From Lingula anatina (lineage: Eukaryota > Animalia > Brachiopoda), in contig CM120641.1 of NCBI GenBank assembly GCA_051362555.1, forward strand, positions 42,042,401-42,106,400: a stretch of 64,000 bases of DNA, given 5' to 3'. A model generated the notes under the pieces. It made no database searches and was not told where the DNA came from. It saw only the letters and a program-made list of their open reading frames with translations. A program made the translations under genes and the position numbers. Positions within the stretch are counted from its first letter, which is position 1; every line of letters begins with the position of its first letter. Of this stretch, positions 13,601-25,600 are shown in pieces.

Positions 13601-14985
13601 GACGCTTATCTCCTTACTTCAAGTTACGGCATTTAAACTGTCCACTCAGTTACTGTAAATCACTGATATGTACAATTCTTTTTACTGGACTGTAGATGAG
13701 AAATTGACCTTTCTCTCTCTCTCCCTTTTTTTCTCTCACTCTCTCTCTTTTCAAGGTATATATCAGTGCTTTAAATCGCACCCGGCCAATATTTGTCTCC
13801 AACTATTCCTAGTTCATTCTTTCTCAATTTGCAGGGAACATGAATATAAGTGATAACATAGGCAAATACCTAGATTTCTTGTTATGCTATCAGCCACTTT
13901 ATCTATAACATTATTATAATTCTAAAATCACCAGGCGACAACTGTTTAACTGGGACACAGAGACAGAGACAATCAGTTGCTTTGGATTTTAATAACATTT
14001 CCACGCAGCTTCTTTTTTTCACAAAATTATTTAAAGTGTATTGTTTGATCACCATTGGACCCACACAGAACTAAGTGGGATTGGATATTTTTGACAAAAG
14101 TATTACTCTGCATTTTTTTGTATAGACAGAAATGGCATTTTGATGAAGACAAAATTGCAAGCTTCAATACACTGGCTTACTGTCTGGGATAAGGAAAACA
14201 CACAATTACATTTATAACTTGGTAATGTTATGGGTGGGATGTTTGAAGACCGTATTAAATATCAATTTTATCCGTTTTAGTTTTTTCTTTATAGATTTCA
14301 ACATGCATAAAAGGACGAAATATAAGTACAAAAGTAGCTTATAAAATAAAAATAATTGGAATATAAACAAATAGAAAAAATAAAGCCATCTTGTCATCTT
14401 GTAGGTTTCAAATCGGACCCTTCATTTTTGCCCTAAATACGATAGCTAAATACAACTAAACAGAAAAATATAAAGAATAAATACACGGAGTCTACTTACC
14501 GCAAAGAACGTCCCCAAACTCGGCCACAGCGTTACCTTGAAGAGAACCTTGAATAAACACTGCATGAAAGTTAGGAGATAGGGAAAACACATGGTGGCTG
14601 CAAGCCCCCATATCCATCTCACGGAGACCTCATCACAGCGAACCCTATCCGTCAAATTGGTGTTTTTGTGAACTGACGGATCCACTATACAGTTCGTCAA
14701 ATTCCCAAACATGTCAACCTCGCAAGTCAGCCACTTTTCTGTCCTCGACTGGGCCACCGAGATCATAAGTGTGATTTTATGGATGACGGTCGACCCGAGG
14801 ATGAAGAAGAGGAGAAGCCAGTATACGATCACCTTGCAGACCCGCTTGGTTACCTCTAGGCACCAGCTCTCTGAGAGTTCTTCGTTGTCCGGTGATGTTA
14901 TACGGAAAATGTCCCAAAGCTTGGCGGCGGGTCCCTTAGGCCTGTGGAATAATGAGTAGTTTTTTAAATTTTCATTTATGAACTG

Positions 14986-15057
<72 letters not shown>

Positions 15058-15603
15058 GAGAGAGAGATTGAGAAGATGGGGATGCAGCACAGGAGGTTAA
15101 ATACATATATCACAAACAGGACGATTTTTTAATTACAATAAATGTATGAAAACTCGACATTACTTTACGCCCTGCTCTTTTGGCATCTTCATTGCTGACT
15201 TTCTCCGCGAGGGGGGTGGTGACGTCGGGAACGGTGGTGGTTTTTCTATCTCTGTCTTTTCATTTGGAGTATCTAAATGTTTGTAAGCCGGAGGGTCCTC
15301 TTCGTCTTCATCTTCATCTTCGTCTTCATCTTCTGAATCGCTCAACTCAGGCAAGGTTTCTGCCTCGCTGGCTTCGCTCTCCCTTCGCAAACGATTACCA
15401 CCAAATCTGTTTAATCCAGTACTAAAAGTGAAATTTTCCATGTTAAATAAAGTTGAATTTTTTTGCTCTAAACCGAAAAGAGATCCCTTGCGAACCACAT
15501 GTCCGATTTCACCGTTCATCGCCGAATCAAACTTCCCAGGGGTAATTTCCACATCCCCCGGGTCTGGCAGCGGCGTTAGAATATCGTCTTCGGTGTCTGA
15601 CAT
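68..15603 (-). CDS. CHS: Chitin synthase, tandem copy A (5' part; gene continues beyond the left edge). Coding exons: 15164-15603, 14500-14941, 3563-4267, 3274-3429, 2699-2859, 2336-2432, 1822-2003, 1338-1417, 896-1004, 399-552, 68-278
   Basis: Exons are bounded by GT/AG with consistent phases. Motifs seen: [60 protein letters not shown]. The exon structure matches copy B one for one. ATG at 15603 gives an acidic/Pro-rich N-terminus. Confidence 0.95.
5084..5118 (+). promoter_or_regulatory. TATA box and initiator-like element of the nested gene
   Basis: TATATAAA at 5084-5091, a TCATCACT Inr-like sequence about 25-30 nt downstream, and the ATG at 5137. AATAAA motifs follow the CTLD stop at 9007, 9051 and 9122. 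Confidence 0.6.
5137..8827 (+). CDS. Nested antisense gene: secreted prohormone-like N-terminus fused to a C-type lectin domain (about 266 aa). Exons 5137-5467, 8104-8280, 8535-8827
   Basis: ATG at 5137 is followed by a hydrophobic signal peptide ([21 protein letters not shown]). Phase-1 donor G|GTATGA at 5468 matches the phase-1 acceptor CAG| at 8103. Exon 2 reads [17 protein letters not shown]...[29 protein letters not shown] (CTLD N-half), with donor GTAAGT at 8281 and acceptor TTTCAG at 8534. Exon 3 reads WFVGG...YYW...W...QPD...C...FDDCKC...FICEK-stop. The CTLD is certain; the junction to exon 1 is inferred. Confidence 0.75.
7600..7911. mobile_element. GC-rich non-autonomous DNA-transposon (MITE-like) remnant in intron 1 of the nested gene
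   Basis: G/C-run hairpins (GGGGGGGGTCAGGACCCCCCCC, GGGCCC...GGGCCC) and an end ATCCGTCACTG that resembles the GGATCCGCCCCTG end at 10082-10094, typical of invertebrate MITEs. Confidence 0.4.
9270..9720 (-). mobile_element. Decayed non-LTR retrotransposon 3' fragment (Rex1/Babar- or L2-like RT C-terminus)
   Basis: The minus strand translates to [19 protein letters not shown] (cf. FADDT), KTEEMTVLF (cf. KTKEMIVDF) and KARQTLHFL...[14 protein letters not shown] (cf. the DUF1891 region), with stops and frameshifts. Confidence 0.7.
10400..11060 (-). mobile_element. Possible highly decayed LINE RT fragment
   Basis: Only weak resemblance to CR1/L2-type RT C-terminal segments (AVYG..R..L-like, KT.K-like), with many disruptions. 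Confidence 0.3.
14988..15068. repeat. (GT)n(GA)n compound microsatellite in intron 1 of CHS copy A
   Basis: Directly visible. Confidence 0.95.
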
Positions 15604-16224
15604 TGTATTTCCAGAAGTCACCTATTACGCTTACAGCACTTTTCTGCCGATAAAACTTAGCTAACGCTCTTTTCACTATTCGGAGCGATGGCTGATAAGA
15701 AGAAACGACGAGAACTCTCGAAACGGCAATCAAAAAGTTTGACTTGCCGTGCCGGCGCCGCAACTTACGTAACTGATACAAGTATCGGGCAGGCTAGAAA
15801 CAAATGATCACGAAAGATCGTCAGAGTGTCACATTTCTAGTGACAAAACCGACGTCATTTTATACGACATCATCCAGTGGTAAACTTGTCAATGATTACC
15901 CACGTAACTACCGACCGGTCTTACTCCAACCGGATACAGTGCCACAGTGATTGGGCCAATAAAAAACGCACTTCAATAAGTGCATAGATTATCAGTTATT
16001 ACGAAAGCCGCACTTTGACCTGTGCAGACACTGGCGGTATTAGAGGTTTCCGTCCAGTGGGACTTCTGTGGCACTGTTTGTTTTGTTTGTTGATTTTGTT
16101 GATAGTATAAAAATGCTCGTGCAGTTATAAGCTTACCCTGACAGCCACTAGAAATTAATGATAATAAGTGTAGACTTCTAGTTCTTAGAATTTTTTATAC
16201 AAGTCCGTGCATGTTAGTTTGATT

Positions 16225-16264
<40 letters not shown>

Positions 16265-17192
16265 ACGCACGCACGCTCAAACAAGTGTAGATGCGGTACC
16301 AACAACTTTCGTATTTGTAGTATTTCAGAAAGCCCCCTTTTTCCAGAAGTCACGGGATGGGCCAGTATTTCGATCGTGAAAAAATAAAGAAAAAGAGGGA
16401 AAAAGCTTGCTTCCCTTATATTAACACACTGAATTAGATATGAACATCTCCTGTGTCTTCCAACAAATGTGAAGATCGTCTGTGTTTTAATCAAAAGGGC
16501 AAGCCTAGGGGTTAGCCTAGAGGGGTAAGACATTCTTTGACTATCTAAACATGTAGTTGACCCTCTGCGAGCAGCAGATTCGTGCATAAAAAATATCCGC
16601 GTCGAATGAATTCGTGTTTTGCTATATTGACAACGAAAAAATTTAAAGGAAGGTGTTTAGAATATAGCCATGAATGCCACAATTTACATAAACATTAATT
16701 GACCCGTGGGTCGGGAAGTTACCGTTTGTGAACTTTGAGGGTAACGGATGCTTAGGCACTGTGATAGTGATAATTTACATTCCGTACCTGATAATTTACA
16801 TTGCTTTCATGATAATTGGCCTGTGTCATAAACCTATTTATATTTTATCTATTTAAACCAAGGGCGTCCTTCCTCCCCCGCCCCCCACACACAACTATCC
16901 ACACCTCATGTCTTTTATATACTTATCGTAATCATTGTGACTTTAATTATCTACGTCTCCCTTAATTTGCGACAGTTTACGTGACTATTACTAAAAAAGT
17001 TTTAAAATGGTTCAAATGGAAGAACACCTAAGAACTGAACAACAAATTCATAAAAGAGAACTATCATTTTCTCATTAACGAAGAAAATCTTTCGGATTTA
17101 TACGATTTTATGAGTTTTATTAACGATATCAAAGTTCAAATCCTTTTATCCCGTGACCCTTCACAAGCCATCGGGCAACCAGCACGGGGGTG

Positions 17193-17278
17193 ACAAAATA
17201 CTATTTCATATAGTGTAGGCTGCTATCTATATGAAATAGTATACAAAATACTATTTCATATAGATAGCAGCCTACACT
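17193..17278. repeat. Perfect 31-bp inverted repeat (17212-17242 / 17248-17278, 5-nt loop) with an overlapping 21-bp direct repeat
   Basis: AGTGTAGGCTGCTATCTATATGAAATAGTAT-acaaa-ATACTATTTCATATAGATAGCAGCCTACACT. ACAAAATACTATTTCATATAG occurs at 17193 and 17243. Confidence 0.95.
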
Positions 17279-17408
17279 GTACATTCACCTGTATGTTTAT
17301 GGGTGTGTCTGATAATCAACGTTTTAAAGAAGGAACCAGGTTTCTGCACAGGGCATTGTGTGCTAGCTGAACCGTGCCTAGTGTTCGAGGCATGTGAACT
17401 ACGGTATG

Positions 17409-17444
<36 letters not shown>

Positions 17445-17817
17445 TTGGGAAGTCTTGTTTATATTGACATAGAGAAAATCGGGAGACATTTTGATAGACC
17501 ATCAAATAACGAAATAAATAGTTCAACCTCACAGCTTTCCTCAACACTACAAGGTATCACAGTGAATGTAATGAAATAGACATTTATTTGACAAGTATGG
17601 CGGGGTATTCAATCAGGCGTTTACGTCATCGTCCCCCGTACATTGTATGTCCGAGTTGTGGTGAAAACGTCGTGTACAATCCTAAGCATATTTACATGTC
17701 CACGTTAGTGGTACAATACGTGTCCAGCGTCAACTTTGGCTAAATCATATCTTATCATGGAAATATATCAAATGGATTTTAATTTTAATGACGTTAGGTC
17801 GAAAAATTTATCTCTGT

Positions 17818-17820
<3 letters not shown>

Positions 17821-17880
<60 letters not shown>
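17821..17880. repeat. (AT)n microsatellite
   Basis: Directly visible. Other simple repeats: poly-C 17410-17443, (GT)n 16229-16263, (GA)n 2645-2690, (GATA)n 22646-22686, (CA)n 28395-28430. Confidence 0.95.
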
Positions 17881-17883
<3 letters not shown>

Positions 17884-17925
17884 TGAGATGAAATCGTTTA
17901 ACCGAAAGCAGAAGAGAGGTGATAG

Positions 17926-18118
17926 TTAAGGGTTCATTCCCAATGAAGCCCAATGAAACTCCTGGCGTTGAGTACAATATAGAAAAGCTGGTGATTATAC
18001 AAGTACGCAGGAAAGAATGGGTGTATTAATATGTGTATCTGATTGCATTCAGCGAAAGTCCCCGTGGATTTCGATCGATCTACGTAGAACGGCAGTTTCA
18101 TTGGGAAAAAGTCCTTAA
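17926..18118. mobile_element. MITE family 1 (TIR about GGG(C/T)TCATTCCCAATGAA); partial copies at 32714-32864 and 55890-56044
   Basis: TTAA-GGGTTCATTCCCAATGAA...TTCATTGGGAAAAAGTCC-TTAA. The internal sequence (CTGGTGATTAT...TGATTGCATTCAG...GATCGATCTACGTA...TTTCATTGGGAA) recurs at the two other loci. TAA/TTA flanks and GG-starting TIRs fit a PIF/Harbinger derivation (inference). Confidence 0.75.
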
Positions 18119-18984
18119 AGTAAAGTATAAATGCTCATGGAAGGCATCAGTGTGTTGTGAAGCTCTGTATCAAATTTTCAATGATCAATTTATTTTCAAA
18201 GGCAGAAGTGCATCGATATCACTTCTTGTGCAAATGTTTACATAGGGATAGGATAGGAGAGAAATAACGTTGTTCTAACGGGCTGCCTACGTCATCACAG
18301 TTCTTGGAACTGTAACTGTGAATATAATAGTAAGGAATCGTCGCTTTATTATACTAATTCATATGAGACAACTGATTTCTAGAAACAATTTGGAATTACA
18401 TTAAAGGTTTCGTCTCTATATGATTTACAAATACGTACATTACAAACCTGTCCAAAATGCATGACTCATTGAAATGCAATGCTACTAGTATATATACAAA
18501 AACTATACCTCTATATGTTAAAAAAGCCAAATAGCTTGCTATTAAATACCCATCTCATATAAATGAATTTAGCAAAGCAATGCAACTGAGCAAATTCCTG
18601 ATCCAAATTCTCAAAGGTACATTTGACCCAAGCATCGGTGAAGCGTGGATTCCCAGTTACACACATAAACTCAAAGTCGAATTAAGTCGACATGCCAAAG
18701 GCTAAACCGAACTAATCACTCCATCAGCCATAAAAAAATTTTAAAAAATTATTTAAATTTAAAACTGCACCTTCTTGAAAATTTTGCTCCTTTGACCTTA
18801 CTTATCTGACCTTCTTATCTGAACCGTTCAAACATAGCGTGCAGAAAAAATTCCGTTTAATATCATTTTTCGGGTAATATGCAACAACGTTATTTGTTAT
18901 TTTTCTATTTAAGATCTACTATTTGGAACGAAATGGTGACATTTGATCGGCTTTTGTGGCAAAAAATGACTTCAAATGCACTTT

Positions 18985-21900
18985 TTACAATTTCTCACTC
19001 CAAAGAACGTCTGTGTCATTATCAGTCATAATTTCGGGGATAGATCCAGGTGTGTTGGCGAGACTAGATCCAGGTGTGTCAGCGGGACTAGATCCAGGTG
19101 TGTTGGCGAGACTAGATCCAGGTGTGTCAGCGGGATAAGACCCAGGTATGTCGGTATACACTCCTTCATCTCCCTCGAACGCAGGGTTATCGTACTCCTT
19201 GTTCGGCACGACCGGTACATCAAACGTGCCGCTTGCCGAGCTCTCCGCCGATTCGTTGATAGTCTCGATTTTCTGCGCCTTGACAACTTTCTTCAGTTGA
19301 AACGCTCGGGTGAGCTGGATGGCTCTGGCTGCCCCTTTCCATTTGTTACGTAATTTGGAAATCTTCTCTTCTTGGAAAACCTTGTCCCACTCATCGGCTA
19401 AGCTTGCTAGAGCTTCGTTCCGTCTTCGATCCTGGTAACTGGCAGTAATTTCGCTCTTTCTACGTTGTTGCTGTAGTTTCTCGGGCCCTTGGTCGGACAA
19501 TGCCAAGAAACGGTCAACAAATGCTTTATTCATAGTCGCGTACCCCTCCTTAACTGTCTTTTTTTTCTTCTTGACGTGTTTCTCGAAGGACTTCTTCCTC
19601 TCTCTGGCAAAATTAAACTCTTCGTCGGAGGCACCGGAAGTAAAGCTGCAAACGGACAGCCTGTCGGAGTCGTCATCGCAATGTTGTAGACGTTGTAAGT
19701 CGCGCACAAGAGCGATCTTTGCGGCGGTTTGATCTAGTTTTCCTGACACAGGGGTTGTAGACATGATGTGCCAGAAAGTCAGCAGACGATGTGCTATCAT
19801 CCCAAGAAGCTGAATGAGGAGAACTAACAGAAAGAATATCAAGAAAACCGTCCCGATTGGCTCCAAGTTCAGCTTCTTATGACTGACGTTATCTTTACAC
19901 ATAATCGGCCAAGTAATAGAAAGTCCGTAGTCTTTATTGTCTTTCTGTTTTTGAAGCACAAAGATGACAACAACAAAAATGGCGTTCAGAAGAAAGATGG
20001 CGAATGTGATCTTGTTGCGCAATCGTATTAGCTCAGAAGCCATGTGCTCCTGATGCTTCGGGTCGTTTTCTAAAGGGAACAGGTATTGTTTGATGAGATC
20101 TTTCCAAAACTTTGTCTCCGCCTCTTCTTGGGGAATTATAGGACCCTCCTTCAGCCCTTTGTCCTCTGTCCACATTGGATTGACGAGTTCGTCGCGTTCT
20201 TCTTCTTCAAACATTGGGTTAACTGTATTGAATGAAAAAGAGGCATGAAAGCAGACTAAAAATCTGATGCCGATGTGCAGATTCGTGTACTTTACTGAAA
20301 TGTTACGGCATAAAGCCACACAATACTATTAAACTGCATCTTTCCACAAACAAGTACATGAAGGCCTACAGGTACTTTGTAAATGTTCGGTTGTAAATGT
20401 TCTTTCTTTAACACTGTGCCAAAAACCTGCTGAAAAATTATTTAATCTATTGGTCCAAAGTGCCGCGCATCGTGGTCCAACTACTGTAGTTGATGGACCA
20501 AAACTCTGGCCTGGAACTGAACAAATTTTATGATATTTCTTTTTTTTTTTTTTTTTTTTTTTGGTATTTGGCGTGTGACTAGTGATAAGTGCAGCGAGAT
20601 GTTCTTCATTTTTGAAATGTTTCAAACATACAACAAAAGACAAACCTACCGGTAAACACGTCCTCCTCCAAGATATCTAATTTTGGGAAGTCTCCGTTCT
20701 CAGTCGTAAAAGACGGTCTGCGTTCTTCCACCATACCCTCAGTGCGCACACGTAAATAACTCTCTGCTGTGGAATCTGACAAACAAAAAAAAATGTCTTC
20801 ACTGACAATTACTTCAAACGTATTTAAAATGAAAAGCAAATATTTGTTTGTGATCTATTTCACGTAAACAATTTTTTTTTGGTTCCCGTCTCGTTTTAAC
20901 AACTTGCAATTGCAAAGTAGTAAAATCTTCGTAAAATGAAAGACAAATTATAAAAGCAATATAACTTTTAGAACTAACGTTTTTCATTACACCGTATGTC
21001 CGAATATACTCAATTAAAGAAAAATGAAAATTACCTCTTCCACCAACCACCGACGTTTTCTGATTCAGCAATTTCTTCTCCATTTCATCCATGCGAGAAA
21101 ATAAGGCTTTCGTCTTTTGATCCTCATCTATACTGTTGTCACGTGGACAGCAGATACACCGGAAGAGTTTTCCAAACGTTAATTTGAACCCGTCTTCGTC
21201 CTTTTCAGCTCTCACTGCGCTAAAAAATTTCATCAAGGCTGCACTAGGTGAGTTGGCTGTCTTTTCTTTAGCTGTCTTGGATTGCTGTTTATCTTCACTG
21301 GGAGTTGCCATTTCTGCAACCTTGACCTCTCTCGTGCCCCATGAGACCACGTGCAGGTTGCACATGGAGTATATAAATAGCAACAGGTACATACTGGGAA
21401 TAAGCAGGTAATACAGCACGCCGGCAAACACACAGTAGAATTCCTGCGGGTGGAGGATTGCGGCCAACAGAAAGGCGCCAGCAACAAGGAAAAAGAACAA
21501 GGCGGTAGGGGAACAGGCCCCTTGCGCTTTAATCTGCAGACTGATGCTGACCAGAACCAGTGCCATCACCAAGGCGTAGATTGAGGACATTAGGAATGCT
21601 ACAAACAGCTGGAACGTAAAACATTTGACCATGAATTTCACTTAAAACCGATCCCAACCGATTACAAGGACAGAAAAAAGTTAAACGTGTTTCTTTATGT
21701 TTAAAAGGAATGAACAAACTAACATATATAATGGAATTTTCCAAAATGTTCTAATACTTATCGCAATTGATCCCCTAACTGCGACGTTTTAAATTTTTCC
21801 CATCAAAAGTTCACGTGTTTGTGTACTTTTTTTGTTTACCTCCTCCCAAGATACTTTTAAGTATTAAAATATATTTCTTGTATGTAATCATACATTTTCT

Positions 21901-22644
21901 ACGTCTGCATTAAGAACGTATGTTTCATCCTTTTATTTATGAATACATAAAAATACCAACCTGAATTTTTGTACTTGTAACAAAACATAGTATGATGAAT
22001 ACCACGATGGGCACAAGGTTAATCCAGAAGGCCACATCATTCTTATCATAACCATTTCCACTCGTAGTACAGTTGGCTCCCGTGGCAGCCTGGTTGCAGT
22101 CAAAGACAGTGATAGTTTGGATAGCTCCTACAACCACCAAGAATATTGTTCCCGGTCCCAAAATGGAAGACACCATGAGACACGCTTGGTAGATGATGTA
22201 TAACATGGAGATGTCCTGGTTCGCCTGAATAACCAACATATTACATATGATTTTCACGCATATGTTGTACTTTAAATTCGACAAATGTGGACGTTTCTTT
22301 TTTTTGTTTGTTTGTTTGTTTGTCGCTTTTTTGGTTGTCATGTTTTATATTGCCTTGCTTCCTTCTTTCTTATGGGGCAGATTTTTGAGTAACATACAAT
22401 GGCAACAAGGCTAGACCATTACTTCCAGTGAGACTTCGTCACACTTAACTATTCTGTTATCTGGTTGACATCTATATGAATGATTTTATTGTTCATTCAG
22501 TTAATTAAATTTTGTACATAAAATACTAAACAGTCGTAATTTACATCAGTGTGCTTAAAAATAAAGAAAGGGTGATTATTAACTGTCGTTGATATACTTC
22601 TCAGTTTAAGCAGAAAGGTAACTTAACCCACTGTTGGCTAACTT

Positions 22645-22687
<43 letters not shown>

Positions 22688-25600
22688 TAACGCATCGCTA
22701 ATAGGTAGAGTTTAATAGTATACCCTGATGGTGTGTTTGAAGCTGAGGAGCAAGTCCATAACGTTAGCCATAGTGGATGGTGACCAACGTCTTCTTTGGT
22801 TGAAAAATTCGTCAAAGGTCTCTGGAGCGTAGGTAAGAGCGTCAGAAGCAGCACTATACTCCACGCGGTATCCTTGCTGAAGTAACAGGGTGCAAAGCCA
22901 ACGATCTTCACCTGCAAAGCGGAAATGAAAAAGGGTGTCCAGTGGCCGTTTAATGCTAATATTTTCCTTTTCAAGTCTGTTTCTACCCAGAAGACTACTT
23001 ATTCAATTCGCCACAACCGTTTTATTATTATTATTATTATTAATCTACAATGCCCCTTTATTTACCAAAGACATAATTTAAAATTGCTAATCACATGTTA
23101 ACTGTTTATTTTCAACAAAGCATCAACTTCTATTTCAAAATTGATTTAAAATGTAATATTCAACGTTGGGTTTCATCATTTAGTGATTTAATCACAGTGT
23201 GAATAAAAATGCGCGTTTTGTATTTAAGGTACATTGTATACCTTTAATTAATCAATTATTCAAAGGATAATTGTCGTTTCTGAATACCTTGGTCGTACTG
23301 TAAATAGTGCACAGCTTCGGTGGGAGTGGTTGCATATTTCCGCATCACGTTATCGTCCATGAGAGCAGAACCGCGAAACAAGCTGAAACATCCGGGGCTG
23401 CAGAGAACGCAACCAATCATATGTTCCGTTGCTTTCTGGAACCAATGTGAGACAGCATATTCGAACTTCTGGTACCAAACCATAGGACCTTAAACGAAAG
23501 CGAGAAACTGAATGTTTGTTTTACAAAATGTTATAAAATAATTATAAGTAAATAATAAAGAAAGTGATACTGATTGCTTGCTCGTTTTCAATAAAATATA
23601 AATATCCTTGTTCGTGTTTTCATTCCTATGGGCTAAATTATACGATGTAAAAACAGGAATATAATCCGTCTAATCGTACGCACGAGTGGTCTCCGACTGT
23701 ATCTTTTGCTGAATGATTCCAAATATTTTGCCTTACTCTTTAAAGCGACTTTATTTCACCTATACCTGAGCCTATAGGGTGAATACGACCGCATGCAGCC
23801 CCCACGTTTTCATTCCTCTTCATCAAGTCCACCAGAATCTGGACGGCAGATGGCTGAAAGTCAACATCGCCGTCAAGCGCCAAAAGAAACGTGTTTTCAG
23901 CCAGCTTTCCAACCTGTTTTACGTTTTCTACCTTCTGCATCAGGCGGTAACCCAGGAAGTAGTAGAGATACATCACCTGCAATTATTGAAAAATAACGCA
24001 GGTTTCTAAAATTTGGAATGCGTTTGCCTTCCTTGCTAAACAAGTTCAAGTTATCAGAAATAATGTCAGTGTACAATAAAACGTTAATTATTCTCAATTT
24101 ACCTGACTCCATCGTTTTCTATGTCGTATCTTTGCTTTATCTTTAAGGTGTGCCACCAACTTATTGCCACCAGGTAGCTGCCATACAAGACGACCCCCAT
24201 ACGGAGTTGGAATCTTCGTAGGAGGAGGGATGGACATTGGAATTCGATGTATGGCGCTGAAGATGATAAATTCCACAAATTTTAGGAGTTTCATAGTTTT
24301 CAGGAATGATATTTTTTTAGAGAACAATTATCTGGATGTTGTTATGCCAAATTTCTGTGATATAAGGAGCTTCGGTAGGCTACCTCCTATAACAATTAAA
24401 TTAAAAGTGAAAGTGAATAAAAACTGTGTGCGTGTGACTTTAAAAGTCACTGATACCAGTACCAAACTATAAGATGTAATCGGATAAAAAATGGACAATA
24501 AAAATGCTGGTCAAAGTCAAAAAGGAATGCAATGTATATTTTGCCATTGCCCTACATGTACTTCATTTGTATTTTTCCTGTATGCCATCTGCTTTGCACT
24601 ATACACACGTCTAAAATCAGTAATGTGAGCTAAGGGTCATACCTTGCAGCAATGTCCACAACACGAACCAAGAGTTTGACAAAGTCGTTCACTGTGTAGT
24701 TAGAGTTACCGTCCGCATGAGGAGTGAACGCATCATCAAAGAAAATGTGACCTAAACAGATTTAATAGAGTGGCTTATCGTGCAATATTATTGAATATGA
24801 ATCATTTGAAATTAATTTCACCAAAGGATATCTAATCAAATTCTCTACAAATTTTGGTGAAAAAAACTAACAACAATTTCAACTGGATCCAGGTCTCCTA
24901 ACATATTTTTGTTATCTTACATTTTGTCTTGGCGGAGGTCTGCATTTTAAAAGTGTTCTGTAGTAATCTTCATCTTTTCGTTTCTCCTGACAAACTACTT
25001 TTTTTCTTTCCCATCTCAGATTTAACCCAGCACGCTTGTCGTTCACTCCAACCATACCAATTCAAAAACAATTTTTTTTTTCAATTCTCACCTTCAAACT
25101 CATAGTAGTCCGGGTCATTTACGTCGAGATATTGCTGCGCCAGGCGACGGGAGCACTGGTCCATGTCAAGTCTTTCAGTAAAACAAAAATAGACACATTT
25201 TACAATTTTGAATATTAATTTTTTTAAGAAAGAAAAAAGACTACAGAGTGAATATTTGAATTTTGTTAAGACACTAATCGATACACAAGTATAAACAACT
25301 CTTCATTGTGATCCTAATCAATGCAAATGCTGTAAAGGTACATTTGAACCGAGCGACGGTGGAACGTCGATTCCCGGTAACCAGTTACTGTCCTACTTAT
25401 CCTACCCAACATTTCTCATATTGGGTCAACCGCCGGGGTAAAAGGTCCGCTTTTTAAGAAAAACAATCTATTGAAAATTTTCTATTGTACGGCGGCTACA
25501 GACCTGCCTCTTGTCTGTTATTTTAATAATACTCTTACCCACCTGAAGATTGACTTCAGCATCTGCAACATCTCGTTCTCCGTCTCGTGCCACATGGTGG

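Noticed and set aside
17272-17579. Poly-Gly / poly-Pro ORFs
   Set aside because: Artefacts of a poly-C homopolymer. ORFs built on (CA)n, (AT)n and (TTTA)n microsatellites were rejected for the same reason.
18976-19353. Plus-strand Arg/Cys-rich repeat ORF (SRCVGETR...)
   Set aside because: Antisense shadow of the coding minisatellite in the last CHS exon.
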